From: Setoptus koraiensis | Taxonomy: Eukaryota; Animalia; Arthropoda | DNA length: 64,000 nucleotides | Reading direction: 5' to 3' | Assembly (NCBI GenBank): GCA_048013815.1 | Contig: CM106585.1 | Coordinates: 4,154,001 to 4,218,000, forward strand | Shown here: piece by piece, positions 1 through 9,627 of the stretch | Position numbering within the stretch: position 1 is the stretch's first letter | Layout of the letters: every line of letters begins with the position of its first letter | The notes under the pieces: generated by a model | Databases searched by the model: none | What the model was told of the DNA's origin: nothing | What the model saw: only the letters and a program-made list of their open reading frames with translations | Position numbers and translations under genes: made by a program

Positions 1-743
1 TTGGATTGAATATCGTTTGAGTTAGCCACGATAGCACATTCAAGTATGCCTTGACTAATATTTTTAAACTCATTGATATATGTTGAACAAATAAAATAGT
101 ATAATATATATAACTTGCCAAACAGCATATAAGTATAATAGTAAACGAAGGTAAGCATCATTGTTGAGATGCTATTGCCGATGACATGATTGCGACAAGA
201 AGCGTCATTTATATTATTATAAACAGACAGGCAATTGAGCCCTGCCATAGTTAAAATCATAGGCACTCTAACTATAGTGATAATCCTGCTGAAAAGCTTT
301 TCAGTTTTTTCTATGTAGAAAAGATTATTATGTTGCAAATTGTGACAAAAACTGTCTTGAATGGGTGTGGATTGCAATAAATAGAATGGCATGAGCCATT
401 CTGTTTTGTCGGTTTCAGTCCTTCCAATATAGAGAATATCTACTATTAAGAAAGTTAATGTTGCAGCGAGGATCATTATGTGCACGTACTCAGTGCCGTA
501 AATGCAATAATATTCCATGAACAAAAACTGATATGCATTTCCGCTCAGCACCTTGATCATAAACTTCAAATTACATTCCACTATAAACACCAGACAAATA
601 GCAATCAGAGCAATTTTATCATATGATTGAGGCAAAACTTGTTGGACATATTTGCTGTCTTCCGGTATAAATCTCATTGTCTGTAGTTCTGTGATGAACG
701 GGCTGTGTTTAATCAACGATTTAGCGCTGTTGCAGTGTGTCAT
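1..743 (-). CDS. Multi-pass membrane protein, gustatory-receptor-like (7TM chemoreceptor); 3' end runs off the window
   Basis: Manual translation gives an ATG at 743 and an open frame to base 1 (about 247 codons): MTHCNSAKSLIKHSPFITELQTMRFIPEDSK...KIALIAICLVFIVECNLKF...YYCIYGTEYVHIMILAATLTFLIVDILY...KTEWLMPFYLL...IITIVRVPMILTMAGL...MMLTFVYYYTYMLFGKLYILYYFICSTYINEFKNI. There are at least four hydrophobic segments and an in-frame TAG TAG upstream. It is absent from the ORF track, presumably because it has no stop in the window. The family call rests on remembered similarity to mite GR-like proteins, not a search. Confidence 0.55.
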   Translation of the reverse strand, partial: MTHCNSAKSLIKHSPFITELQTMRFIPEDSKYVQQVLPQSYDKIALIAICLVFIVECNLKFMIKVLSGNAYQFLFMEYYCIYGTEYVHIMILAATLTFLIVDILYIGRTETDKTEWLMPFYLLQSTPIQDSFCHNLQHNNLFYIEKTEKLFSRIITIVRVPMILTMAGLNCLSVYNNINDASCRNHVIGNSISTMMLTFVYYYTYMLFGKLYILYYFICSTYINEFKNISQGILECAIVANSNDIQS

Positions 744-2166
744 GGTTGCTGAAGTTGCTGTCGACGATCTGATTCTATTTATTGCTTGTGGACATCTTCC
801 TGCGGATAATAGTGGCTACTATTGATAACAATATACCCGTGATCCAGTGATGATATTGGCAAAGACTGGCAATTTTTTTTTTCCATTCCATATCTCGAAA
901 GTTTGCACCCATTTTGATATTATCCACGAGTTGGCTCAAGTTGTTGTACGCATATTTTCCAGACATATGTCGCCATAAATAATTGATGCTGTCCGCACGA
1001 GCGGCGGCTGCTCGGAGTGTTGCAACTTGCTGAACTTGCCCGAGTGTCGAACATACGACGCAAACAGTTGTAACCTTATCCGGTGGGTAATTCCTGGTTC
1101 GGTGTGTTCGGTTCACTGTTGGCCAAAAAGGGTTGCCAGAGGTAAACACGGCGAGCGGAACTGCTGGTGAATCCATCACATTCTGATTATCACTGGTAAT
1201 TTATCGGTGATAATTACAACGACAATTGGGCAGTGATAATGTTAAATGACTTGATATCTCATCAGATAATTCGCCGGTAACTCGACACCGACACGATAGG
1301 CGCGCTACGCTCGGTCCGGCGGCAGGTGTCGCCCCGATCGAGTGTGACACCAGCAAGGCATGGGGCCGACAAATGAAATGATCGAACCACCGAGCACGAA
1401 TCGAACAATATCGCCAAGATCGCTTTGCACAGCAAACAGCAACAACAGATGGGGGCGCGAATTTGGGCCACGGCGAGCCCGCCCCCTGTCGCGATTGTTC
1501 GATTGGCAATTGGCGGCCACAGTTCGATCCGGTCACAGTTCGATCCGGCCACCATTCGATTTCGGTTCGGTGTTGCCGAAACAATGCAACACCAAATCGA
1601 ATCGACCAGCGTACACGCGGACCACAATTGAGCGTATAAGTGCGCCAATCTAACATGGCAATGCCATACGTTTAGGTTGTAACCATGCGTTGCAGGTTGA
1701 GCAGCGTAGACTCCGCCGCGTGTCTAATACCTACGTGCATGCGGCATAACTTGTGCCGTGTGTGTAAGCGAGATTGCATCGGACAATTGTGAGAGGCGCG
1801 CTAACGTTACAACTTGGGCGCGCTCCAGCTCCGGCGTTGTGTGTCGCGCGTTTGGGCGCCTTTTGCGCTTGAACTGTGACAGAACCGCGAGCCAGTCAGC
1901 GCCAGCACACTGACTCACTCTACACTCTGTTAAGTCTACACGCTGGCTGGCACGTACACACATACACACACGCAGCGCGAACAGACAAACGAACAGACGA
2001 ACGAACATTCGCATTTGCTGGCTCTGACGGCGCTCAGCTCATAAACATTTTTGTACGCACGCACACACGCACGGACACGGTGCGGCGCACAGAGACACAC
2101 ATGTGTGCGAATTGCAAGTGTGTGCACAGGAATGAGCCAGCCAGCCAGCCAGAGAGCGAACGGACA

Positions 2167-2666
2167 NNNNNNNNNNNNNNNNNNNNNNNNNNNNNNNNNN
2201 NNNNNNNNNNNNNNNNNNNNNNNNNNNNNNNNNNNNNNNNNNNNNNNNNNNNNNNNNNNNNNNNNNNNNNNNNNNNNNNNNNNNNNNNNNNNNNNNNNNN
2301 NNNNNNNNNNNNNNNNNNNNNNNNNNNNNNNNNNNNNNNNNNNNNNNNNNNNNNNNNNNNNNNNNNNNNNNNNNNNNNNNNNNNNNNNNNNNNNNNNNNN
2401 NNNNNNNNNNNNNNNNNNNNNNNNNNNNNNNNNNNNNNNNNNNNNNNNNNNNNNNNNNNNNNNNNNNNNNNNNNNNNNNNNNNNNNNNNNNNNNNNNNNN
2501 NNNNNNNNNNNNNNNNNNNNNNNNNNNNNNNNNNNNNNNNNNNNNNNNNNNNNNNNNNNNNNNNNNNNNNNNNNNNNNNNNNNNNNNNNNNNNNNNNNNN
2601 NNNNNNNNNNNNNNNNNNNNNNNNNNNNNNNNNNNNNNNNNNNNNNNNNNNNNNNNNNNNNNNNNN
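2167..2666. other. Assembly gap (500 N)
   Basis: Run of 500 N. Sequence is GC-rich and repetitive to the left and AT-rich coding to the right. Confidence 0.99.
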
Positions 2667-3469
2667 CTCTTCAAGTATTTAGGGAATGCATGCGTATCGA
2701 TCCTGATAATCCGATACCTGCCATGTTAGCTGCAAAATTAGTTATTGAGGATCTAAATGAACCAGACGAGGCTTTAGAACTGTCTTTGGAGGCAATTCAG
2801 CGGTGCAAAACGAATGTCAGATTCAAAAACATTGATCATATATTATCAAAATGTTACCTGCTAACCAGCATTATGAATGCTTGCATCTATGAACGTGAAC
2901 CAGAATCTATTAGGAAACTCAAGTTGGAGCACATACAAAACAGTTTTCATTATTTAGAACTAGCGATCAAATTGAATCCCGATGATTATCTCACTAACTT
3001 CCATTTAGCCCTGCACAAGGCACACAAACGCTCCATCAAATCAGCAATAGACTATTCAAGGAAAGCTCTTGATATAAACCCTCACCATGTGCCATCTATT
3101 CGTTTATTACTTTTATGTTTATCCGCTATGAAATTAAATGCGGATGCTCTTGCTTTATGTCAGTCCGCCTTGCAGGAATTTCAAGATGATTTATCATTGT
3201 TATATATAAAGTGCAATTTAGAACAAATACTAGGAGAGAACAAAGGTTATCACTCAGCTTTGAACACTGCCAAGCTCATTTTAAGATGTATTAGACATAC
3301 AAATCTAGAAACTAACGAAACAACAACTCCGCCAGATGCCACCAATACACAACAAAATTCTCAAATAACTGGCATGTTTGCTCCTACCTCAGGAGATTTT
3401 AGTGAATTCTACACTAAAGAACTCAATATTTGGCTACTAATATCAGAGATTTTTATAAAAATGGAACTG
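2667..3469 (+). CDS. TTC7: Tetratricopeptide repeat protein 7 (PI4KA complex scaffold), penultimate exon, 5'-truncated by the gap
   Basis: TPR helices (LQVFRECMRIDPDNPIPAMLAAKL..., AIKLNPDDYLTNFHLALHKA..., ALDINPHHVPSIRLLLLCLSA, ALQEFQDDLSLLYIKCNLE). Ends at ATG GAA CTG|gtaagt, a phase-0 donor at 3470. Confidence 0.85.
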
Positions 3470-3566
3470 GTAAGTTTATAAAAACATCAATTAAACTTAT
3501 CATCTTGATTGATCTATTCTACTGATTCTAATCCATAATACACAATACTACCTATCTCCTACATAG

Positions 3567-3977
3567 ATAAATGATGCCGAATCTTGCATTGTTGAATGCA
3601 TGAACCAAGTCAATGGTGCTTTATCTTATCATATCATGTTCGTTAGGGGTCTAATTTACAAGGCCAAAGGAAACCTCCACGAAGCTAAAAGCTACTTCCA
3701 GAGTGTGATAGCTATACATCCCAAACACGCCAGAGCCTTGCAGCAATTAGCTCACATGTACTATCTACTTGGTAATCAATCTACTGCTGAGAAATTCCTT
3801 AAAGACTCTTTAGATGTTGACGAAAGTCTACATGAAACTTGGTACTATCTGGGTCTTGTACTGATGGAAGTGGGACAAGCCACTAAAGCGAGTGATTGCG
3901 TAAAGAAAGCCATCGAATTAGAATCTACATCGCCAGTCATTCCATTCTCTTCCATATCGCGAATTGTGTTAGATTGA
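3567..3977 (+). CDS. TTC7: TTC7 terminal exon
   Basis: Acceptor ctcctacatag|ATA AAT GAT (intron 3470-3566, 97 nt, phase 0) joins in frame. The C-terminus EAESCIVEC...MFVRGLIYKAKGNLHEAK...AIHPKHARALQQLA...HETWYYLGLV...AIELESTSPVIPFSSI matches the characteristic TTC7A/B ending (ALELEASSPVLPFSII). Confidence 0.9.
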   Translation: MNDAESCIVECMNQVNGALSYHIMFVRGLIYKAKGNLHEAKSYFQSVIAIHPKHARALQQLAHMYYLLGNQSTAEKFLKDSLDVDESLHETWYYLGLVLMEVGQATKASDCVKKAIELESTSPVIPFSSISRIVLD

Positions 3978-4133
3978 AAAATTTCTTATAGACGTTTTAT
4001 GATATAATCTCACTAGTTTAACTAGCTTATAATAAATTGAACTTGTTTGTTGACAAATTAGATGAAATATTATATACAATTATACTGTGTGGAAAGCTGA
4101 CATTATATATAAGTTCATAAAGGTAATTTGTAT

Positions 4134-4415
4134 TTATTTTTGTTTACTTTTGACATGGCCCCGACAATGATCACAATCCTCGCTTTCCGAATCGCTGGAC
4201 GATTCATCGAATGCGTGAGGCTTCTCATATATGCAACAACACTTTGAAGATTTCTTGTTCATACCTTCATTATCAACTGTATCTGTAGTCCAATTAACTG
4301 TTTTATTCTTTTTGGTTTTCTTCAAACGAACTGTCGTTGTAGTTGGCTGCTGGTTGCTTGTTTGACTCGACTCTGCTTGTGTCTGAGTTACTACTTTGGT
4401 GACAGTAGATGACAT
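4134..4415 (-). CDS. PPP1R11: Protein phosphatase 1 regulatory subunit 11 (inhibitor-3 / Ypi1)
   Basis: RVxF-type motif KTVNW followed by [24 protein letters not shown], the inhibitor-3 signature, then an acidic SSSDSESED...CDHC tail. A ctaac...ttgtcag acceptor sits directly before the ATG, suggesting a 5'UTR intron. Confidence 0.93.
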   Translation of the reverse strand: MSSTVTKVVTQTQAESSQTSNQQPTTTTVRLKKTKKNKTVNWTTDTVDNEGMNKKSSKCCCIYEKPHAFDESSSDSESEDCDHCRGHVKSKQK

Positions 4416-4714
4416 CCTGACAATGTTAGTTTTCTGTTTTTTTTTCGAGCTTTCCTCCTAATTAGTTTTTTTTCATAATCATAATGAAACCATCTGAGTT
4501 TGCGACAATGTAATTATGTTTTCTACTAAACATCGTTGTTTATATATTTTTTATTCATTCAACACAGCACGTAAGAAGCCGTGGCTGCCTCTCTCTTCTT
4601 CTTTTTCAGCTATTGTTGTTTATTGTTGATCAGCTGTTTTGATGCAGTCTATTGGGATCTCTTACAAATACAGGATCTCGTTTAATTTAAAACTTTCAAT
4701 ATTGCTGTACCATA
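4416..4714. promoter_or_regulatory. Probable bidirectional promoter / 5'UTR region between PPP1R11 and the ZNF830-like gene
   Basis: Only 299 bp, AT-rich, between two divergent ATGs. Contains donor-like (cac|gtaaga, 4571) and acceptor-like (ctttttcag, atacag) sites consistent with UTR introns. Confidence 0.55.
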
Positions 4715-5137
4715 ATGGCCTCTAATAGCAATAAAAGGCCTAAACTGGACAATTCGAAAGTCCCGAGTGACTTCTTTGACACCGCCAAAGAGGATCTCCG
4801 GAAAAAGGAGCTGGAAAGAGAGGTAGAATTGTTCAAGAAACAATTGGAGGCTCTGTCTGCGGCCAATGAGGAGACCCTGAACAAAGAGATGGAGAAGATC
4901 CAAGAGTCACGAAATCTCGACGAGCTAGATGACCAAATGAACCGCCTGCAGAAAGTCGTGGAGATTGAAAGGAAAGCGGAGAAATGCATTCAAGAGTTGA
5001 ATACTAAAAGAAATGATAAAGACAACGCTGCTGACAAGAATTCAATTGTTGATGAAGAATATAGCGACGATGAGGACAGCGATGATTTATTTAATGATTG
5101 GCGATCGAGGAATGCTATGTCTAAAATACCTAGATGA
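4715..5137 (+). CDS. ZNF830: ZNF830/CCDC16-like spliceosomal protein, C-terminal domain only (140 aa)
   Basis: VPSDFFD ~ LPEGFFD; KELEREVELFKK ~ DQMDKEWDEFQK; SRNLDELDDQMNRLQKV ~ DRQIGEIDEQIECYRRV; SDDEDSDDLFNDWRSR ~ SDDEGELQDLLSQDWRVK (human ZNF830 C-terminus, from memory). In-frame TAA at 4688-4690 upstream of the ATG. Confidence 0.75.
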   Translation: MASNSNKRPKLDNSKVPSDFFDTAKEDLRKKELEREVELFKKQLEALSAANEETLNKEMEKIQESRNLDELDDQMNRLQKVVEIERKAEKCIQELNTKRNDKDNAADKNSIVDEEYSDDEDSDDLFNDWRSRNAMSKIPR

Positions 5138-5364
5138 ATTTATTTGATTCAGTGTAAGTGTAATTTTGGGGTGGATTTGATGTTCACTTGAGATCTTTTG
5201 CACATGAATAAAGTTTTGTATTTTCTGTTACTTTTTCAAAGGCAATTGCAACTGTCTAGGTAATTATTGTTTTGTCGTTTCCCTTTTTTCTTGTTTCTTC
5301 TTGGCACGTTTCATGATTGCTCGGAATGGTGGGAATACCTTCACATCTACTCTATGCGAGCTAT

Positions 5365-6687
5365 TCAATTTCTTATACCAGAGGCAATCTGCGTTAAAGC
5401 TCTGAAATCCACATTGGGATCATTCAACGCAAATCTGAGAGCTCGATCCGTTAACTCACTGTACTGTTCAATGGTTGATCCAACTAATTCTCGAACTGGA
5501 CGAAAATATTGATAATTTATCTCCTTGGACAGAGGCAAAATTAAGATTGAAGCCTTTTTTATCACATTTATTGCCGTCAGATTAAGTGGACGGAGCTTAA
5601 GGTGGGCCAGTTGATCTTCCGAATACATCATGGTTATAGCTTCAATTCCAAAGTGAATATTACATAAATCGGCAAGGCTTTCGAATCTGGCATTAGCAGT
5701 GTTTTTAAGATCCTTCAGTCGGACACGGTAGTTCCTTTGTTGCAAAGAAGTCATTGTGGTGAGTTGGTGTCTCAATGCTACATGCGCGCAGTTCACGTCA
5801 AATACACGATCAATATTGAAGATGATTTTGTAATGGTGTCGGAAAGCATCAGAGAGTTGTAATAAATTTGTTGTGTGCAGACGGAAATATTTCTTCTTCA
5901 CGATGTCTTTTAAAATATGAATATTTGTAACAGTAGGTGGCATGGCAAATATTTTCTCTGTTGTGGTCAAAACAATCATGTAGATTTCATCGAATCGGCT
6001 CAATCTTTTTGCAATCGCTGTGAGTCCAATGTTATCGCTGTGCTCTTTAAGGTGGTTCATTACATAATTGTAGTCCGTGTTGACACTTTTATCTATCAGT
6101 TCTACTTCTTGGTCTTGCTTTATCCATTCTAGCACTTGGTTTGGCATCCATGGCTCTTCATCAATGCAATTCTCCAACAATATGTTCTCAGCCGTTACGT
6201 ATGTAGATTTTGGCTTACCTCCCATGGCGTCGATGACACACTTCTTGAATTTTTCATCCGCCAATCCTCTAAGAATCTCTGTATCGATATTTGGATTGTC
6301 AAATCCGCTGTCGGAGGAGCTTGATTCTCCATCTTTATCTTCTGTCATTTGTTCCTGCTCGATTGGGCTATTGACCTCTTCTCTCTGTGCCAAGTCCTGT
6401 TGTACCAAAGATATTGTTGCCAATTCTAGCTTCTCTGCTGGTTGTTCTTGCTCGATGGGATAATTGGCCTCTGTTGTTGGTGTCATGTCTTGTCGTTCCG
6501 ATGATATTGTTGCCAATTCTGGCCTCTCTGCTGGTTGCCCTAGCTCGATTGGGCTGACTGCCCGTGTCTCCGGATCGACTTCATCATTCTCCGGTGTTGG
6601 TTCTACCAATTGTGCCTTCTCCAGTTGGCGTGACAAAATGGCAAGAATGCGGCCTCCGCGTCCTCCTCGCATAGGTCGATCGCTCAT
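5365..6687 (-). CDS. EXD1: EXD1-like DEDDy 3'-5' exonuclease-fold protein (piRNA biogenesis factor), catalytically degenerate, intronless
   Basis: IGLTAIAKRLSRFDEIYMIVLTT...RLHTTNLLQLSDAFRHHYKIIFNIDRVFDVNCAH aligns with the EXD1 pattern GxN.CRHGKLCWLQVAT...IHDCRWLSDCL.HQYGI.L.NVFDTQVAD. LKLRPLNLTAINVIKKASILILPL aligns with WFIRPVSPSLLKILALEATYLLPL. Acidic N-terminal extension beginning MSDRPMRGGRGGR. Confidence 0.78.
   Translation of the reverse strand: MSDRPMRGGRGGRILAILSRQLEKAQLVEPTPENDEVDPETRAVSPIELGQPAERPELATISSERQDMTPTTEANYPIEQEQPAEKLELATISLVQQDLAQREEVNSPIEQEQMTEDKDGESSSSDSGFDNPNIDTEILRGLADEKFKKCVIDAMGGKPKSTYVTAENILLENCIDEEPWMPNQVLEWIKQDQEVELIDKSVNTDYNYVMNHLKEHSDNIGLTAIAKRLSRFDEIYMIVLTTTEKIFAMPPTVTNIHILKDIVKKKYFRLHTTNLLQLSDAFRHHYKIIFNIDRVFDVNCAHVALRHQLTTMTSLQQRNYRVRLKDLKNTANARFESLADLCNIHFGIEAITMMYSEDQLAHLKLRPLNLTAINVIKKASILILPLSKEINYQYFRPVRELVGSTIEQYSELTDRALRFALNDPNVDFRALTQIASGIRN
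6349..6552 (-). repeat. Coding tandem repeat, 93 nt (31 aa), about 2.2 copies, in the EXD1-like N-terminus
   Basis: PIELGQPAERPELATISSERQDMTPTTEANY / PIEQEQPAEKLELATISLVQQDLAQREEVNS / PIEQEQ. The DNA word gatattgttgccaattct occurs at 6410 and 6503. Confidence 0.9.
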
Positions 6688-7445
6688 AATTGATTGTGGT
6701 CAGGTGCTATTTGTTAAATGTTGTCCTTCAATATGGTTGCTGCTGCTATTAAATATAATATTTGCTATTTAATAGAATATTTTATGTTTCATTTATTTAT
6801 CTAAAAATAAATAAATGAGGATCTATATATATTTCAAATGAATAAATGAATATTTAAATATGCATCCGCTATATTTACGGACAGGTAATTGAGAAAATGT
6901 ATTTCATTGTTTCCATTGTGATGTGGAGACACCTGATAACACCCAGTGCCTTTACCTTGCGCAGAACCGAGCGCAATATTCAAACTTCTCAGAGGGTCAT
7001 GCGATTGATCATTTCTGTGCGCATCCAGGGGGAAAGAACTGGAACCCCTTTGAATGGGAGATCTCGTGTAAAGATAGCTCGGATTAGGTAGAGCAATCGT
7101 GGTTATATCCGGTCGGAGACGCATTTCAATGCCTCACAAGAGTAAGCCTAGATGCCTCTAGAAATCGAGCTTTCGTGCAAGACATGTTACATAAGAACGT
7201 GAGCAATATCGTCACATTTTGTCGCCAACGTCAGAGCACATTTGCAACTTGTTGCACACTTGTTGCTTCGATTCCATCGACGAACCAACAACTTGTAAGT
7301 CAGACCATCGGTTGTAACTGGACCATACAGTTATAGTCGGACAAATTACATAATAGATCAACAAGCGAGCAAGTACACTGATAACTTATCAGTGATAAGA
7401 CACACTGATTAACGACAAAAGATTTATTGATATTTTTACTATACG

Positions 7446-8658
7446 TTTATTATTGATGATTAAAAAATGTACATTTCTAAAAAGATTTGGCCGAGTTATA
7501 TTGTGCTTCATTAATTCACTAATGCACTATCAACATTGAGAATTGGATAGAGAGTCGTTATTGTTGTCGTTGTTGTTGGTCGTTGTCTCATAGAAATAAA
7601 TGAAGATTTGAAAATTTACACTTGCTTACATTACATTACATTAGAAAAAGAAAACATTACACTTTAAATTACATTTCATTTAGGCGTCATTATGTATGCA
7701 GTATATAATACATACATTTAGCTTGTTAGAATCTCATAATAACCATGTATACCATTCGATACAATTGTTGTTCGTTCATTATCGTGTCGCACATTTAGCC
7801 ATATTTACATCCATATTTATTAAGCATGGTCCATTATCATTCTACATCTATATGTATATAATCACTAGTTTATGTAGTCGGTATGAAATGTGTTTAGTTT
7901 TATCGTTTCTGCTAACAATTATTCAAATATTGACTCAATTCAACCCAATGCTAGTCTGTTTCTGGTGTCCTTGAACGCATATTTGTTTGTGTGTCTACGG
8001 CTATTTATAATTCAAATAATAATACATTCATAGAGTGAATGTTGTTGTTCTGATACTTCATTGAGCAAAACCTTATTGTGTGTCCATTGTGTGTAGTTTT
8101 GTGTTTAATTTAATATCCTTCTAATATCTACAAATCTAATCTCTATCATCTAGTTTGTTTGGTCAATGGATGGGGCAGTTGATTGTTACTTGTATTGGGC
8201 CTGTTGTAGTTGCCAGTTATCCTGTTCTTTTATTCGATTAGTTATTTGTTCGGGGTGCATTGATTGATTGATTGGTTTGTTGATTATTGATTTTAAACTG
8301 ATCATTATCACAATTCACAGTGGAATAGAATGAGCGAGCGAGCGATATATCGCCAACCATTCAAATTATCCATTGCAATTATCTTTGTTAACGTGTTGAT
8401 GTTGGTCGTTGAGAGTAGTAGCAGTAGTAGTAGTAGTGGTATTAAATAGTTGAATAATTTTAATAATAATAATAGTGGTCGTAGTAGTAGGGGTGGTAGT
8501 AGTAATTGTAGCAGTAATAACGATAATAGTTAATGTGTTTGATGATAGTGTCAGCCACAATTCAAGGCGCTGTTTGCACCGCTTTGAATGGGATGATTCA
8601 CACACTTAATTGCTTGTTTATTGCTCGATTACTTGCTATTAGTTGACTACTTTAGTTA
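7446..8658 (-). other. Probable 3'UTR of the pawn-like gene
   Basis: AT-rich sequence with no convincing ORF downstream of the TAG at 8659. Minus-strand AATAAA hexamers at about 8617, 8229 and 7446. The true 3' end is unknown. Confidence 0.45.
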
Positions 8659-8673
8659 CTACCACATATACAC
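8659..8673 (-). CDS. pwn: pawn-like gene, terminal coding micro-exon (VYMW*)
   Basis: Acceptor tgtttactttacaacag|GTG TAT ATG TGG TAG is phase 0, matching the donor at 8843 (intron 8674-8843, 170 nt, actaat branch-like site). Confidence 0.65.
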   Translation of the reverse strand: MYMW

Positions 8674-8843
8674 CTGTTGTAAAGTAAACAATTATGATAA
8701 ATAATTGGGATAATAACATGGGCAAATAATAAAATTAGTTAAAGTGTGCATTAATAGATGAATCAAAGAGATAATCAAGTCAATGGCAGCGCCCAAACTG
8801 GCCTCGTAGTTCGAACTGGCCATAATTGGTGCAAAACACTTAC

Positions 8844-9071
8844 CTGTCCTCTGTGGACTGCATAGTTAACTTGATTGTGCCTAGCACGCGGTATGACTAT
8901 CTGAGGTGGTATGGAACTACTATAGGCACCAAGGGCGCTAGGGGCACCGGTTGAGGCATTTCCGGGCATGTGAGCATGTAGGTTGCTGTGTGATACAAGA
9001 TCGCCATTTGGTCCCATGTGATTCCTGTTCATTTGTCTGGGCGACGACTCATTACTAGTGGACGGGTCGGA
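8844..9071 (-). CDS. pwn: pawn-like gene, cytoplasmic-tail exon
   Basis: Acceptor after ctaac (about 9126-9130) and a pyrimidine tract: cccgaacag|TCC GAC. Encodes SDPSTSNESS...IPPQIVIPRARHNQVNYAVHRGQ. Donor CAG|gtaagt. Phase 0-0. Confidence 0.82.
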
Positions 9072-9196
9072 CTGTTCGGGTAGCGGGCAGCGGTTTGCGG
9101 GTAGCAGCGAGAGAGCGGAAGAGCGGTTAGTCGAATACAAGTCGAATACTTAAGGCTTAACAAGGGTGGGAGCGGACAAATGTGGTGGTCACTTAC

Positions 9197-9468
9197 GGGT
9201 ATACCCGAGTGGGCATCGTAGCCGGCGTTGAGATGGCCACCATTAATGTGATGATGCGACCTGGTGTGAGTGTCGCTTGACTCGGACGACGACTCCAGCA
9301 TGGCCTTCCTGTCCAGTGTGCCCCCGATTACGTTTGGTCCGAAGGCGCCTATATTGCGGAATCCCTTGCTGAGGGCGCTGCGTTTTCGCCACCTCCTGCA
9401 GCAGTATATGATGAGACACACCGATATGATGCACAGTATTGCGGCTATGGGCAACAAAGTTGCCAAGA
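9197..9468 (-). CDS. pwn: pawn-like gene, transmembrane exon
   Basis: Acceptor tgtcatgtag|TC TTG (phase 1, matching the donor at 9627). Encodes LLATLLPIAAILCIISVCLIIYCC-RRWRKR (TM plus basic stop-transfer) and GTLDRKAMLESSSESS. Donor CCC|gtaagt (phase 0). Confidence 0.88.
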
Positions 9469-9627
9469 CTACATGACACAAAATGGGAAACATTGTGGGC
9501 GAATAGCGGTTTATGTGGTCAGTATTGATTGAGTTGTCGTGTGGTTTAATTAATTCAACTGTTAATTTGTATGCTAATAACTGATTTTAATTAAATCAGA
9601 TTGAATCAAATCATTGAAAATACTTAC

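Noticed and set aside
1876-3481. ORFs of 268, 211 and 476 aa spanning the N run
   Set aside because: Artefacts of translating through 500 N. Only the portion from 2667 onward (TTC7) is real.
7005-7020. GATCATTTCT resembling U3 snoRNA box A
   Set aside because: The box A' (TACTT) upstream and boxes B, C and D downstream are not present in the proper arrangement.
8061-8083. TTGAGCAAAA...GTGTGT resembling miR-87, and AATGCACTATC at about 7522 resembling miR-277
   Set aside because: No complementary hairpin arm nearby and the middles diverge; chance matches in a 3'UTR.
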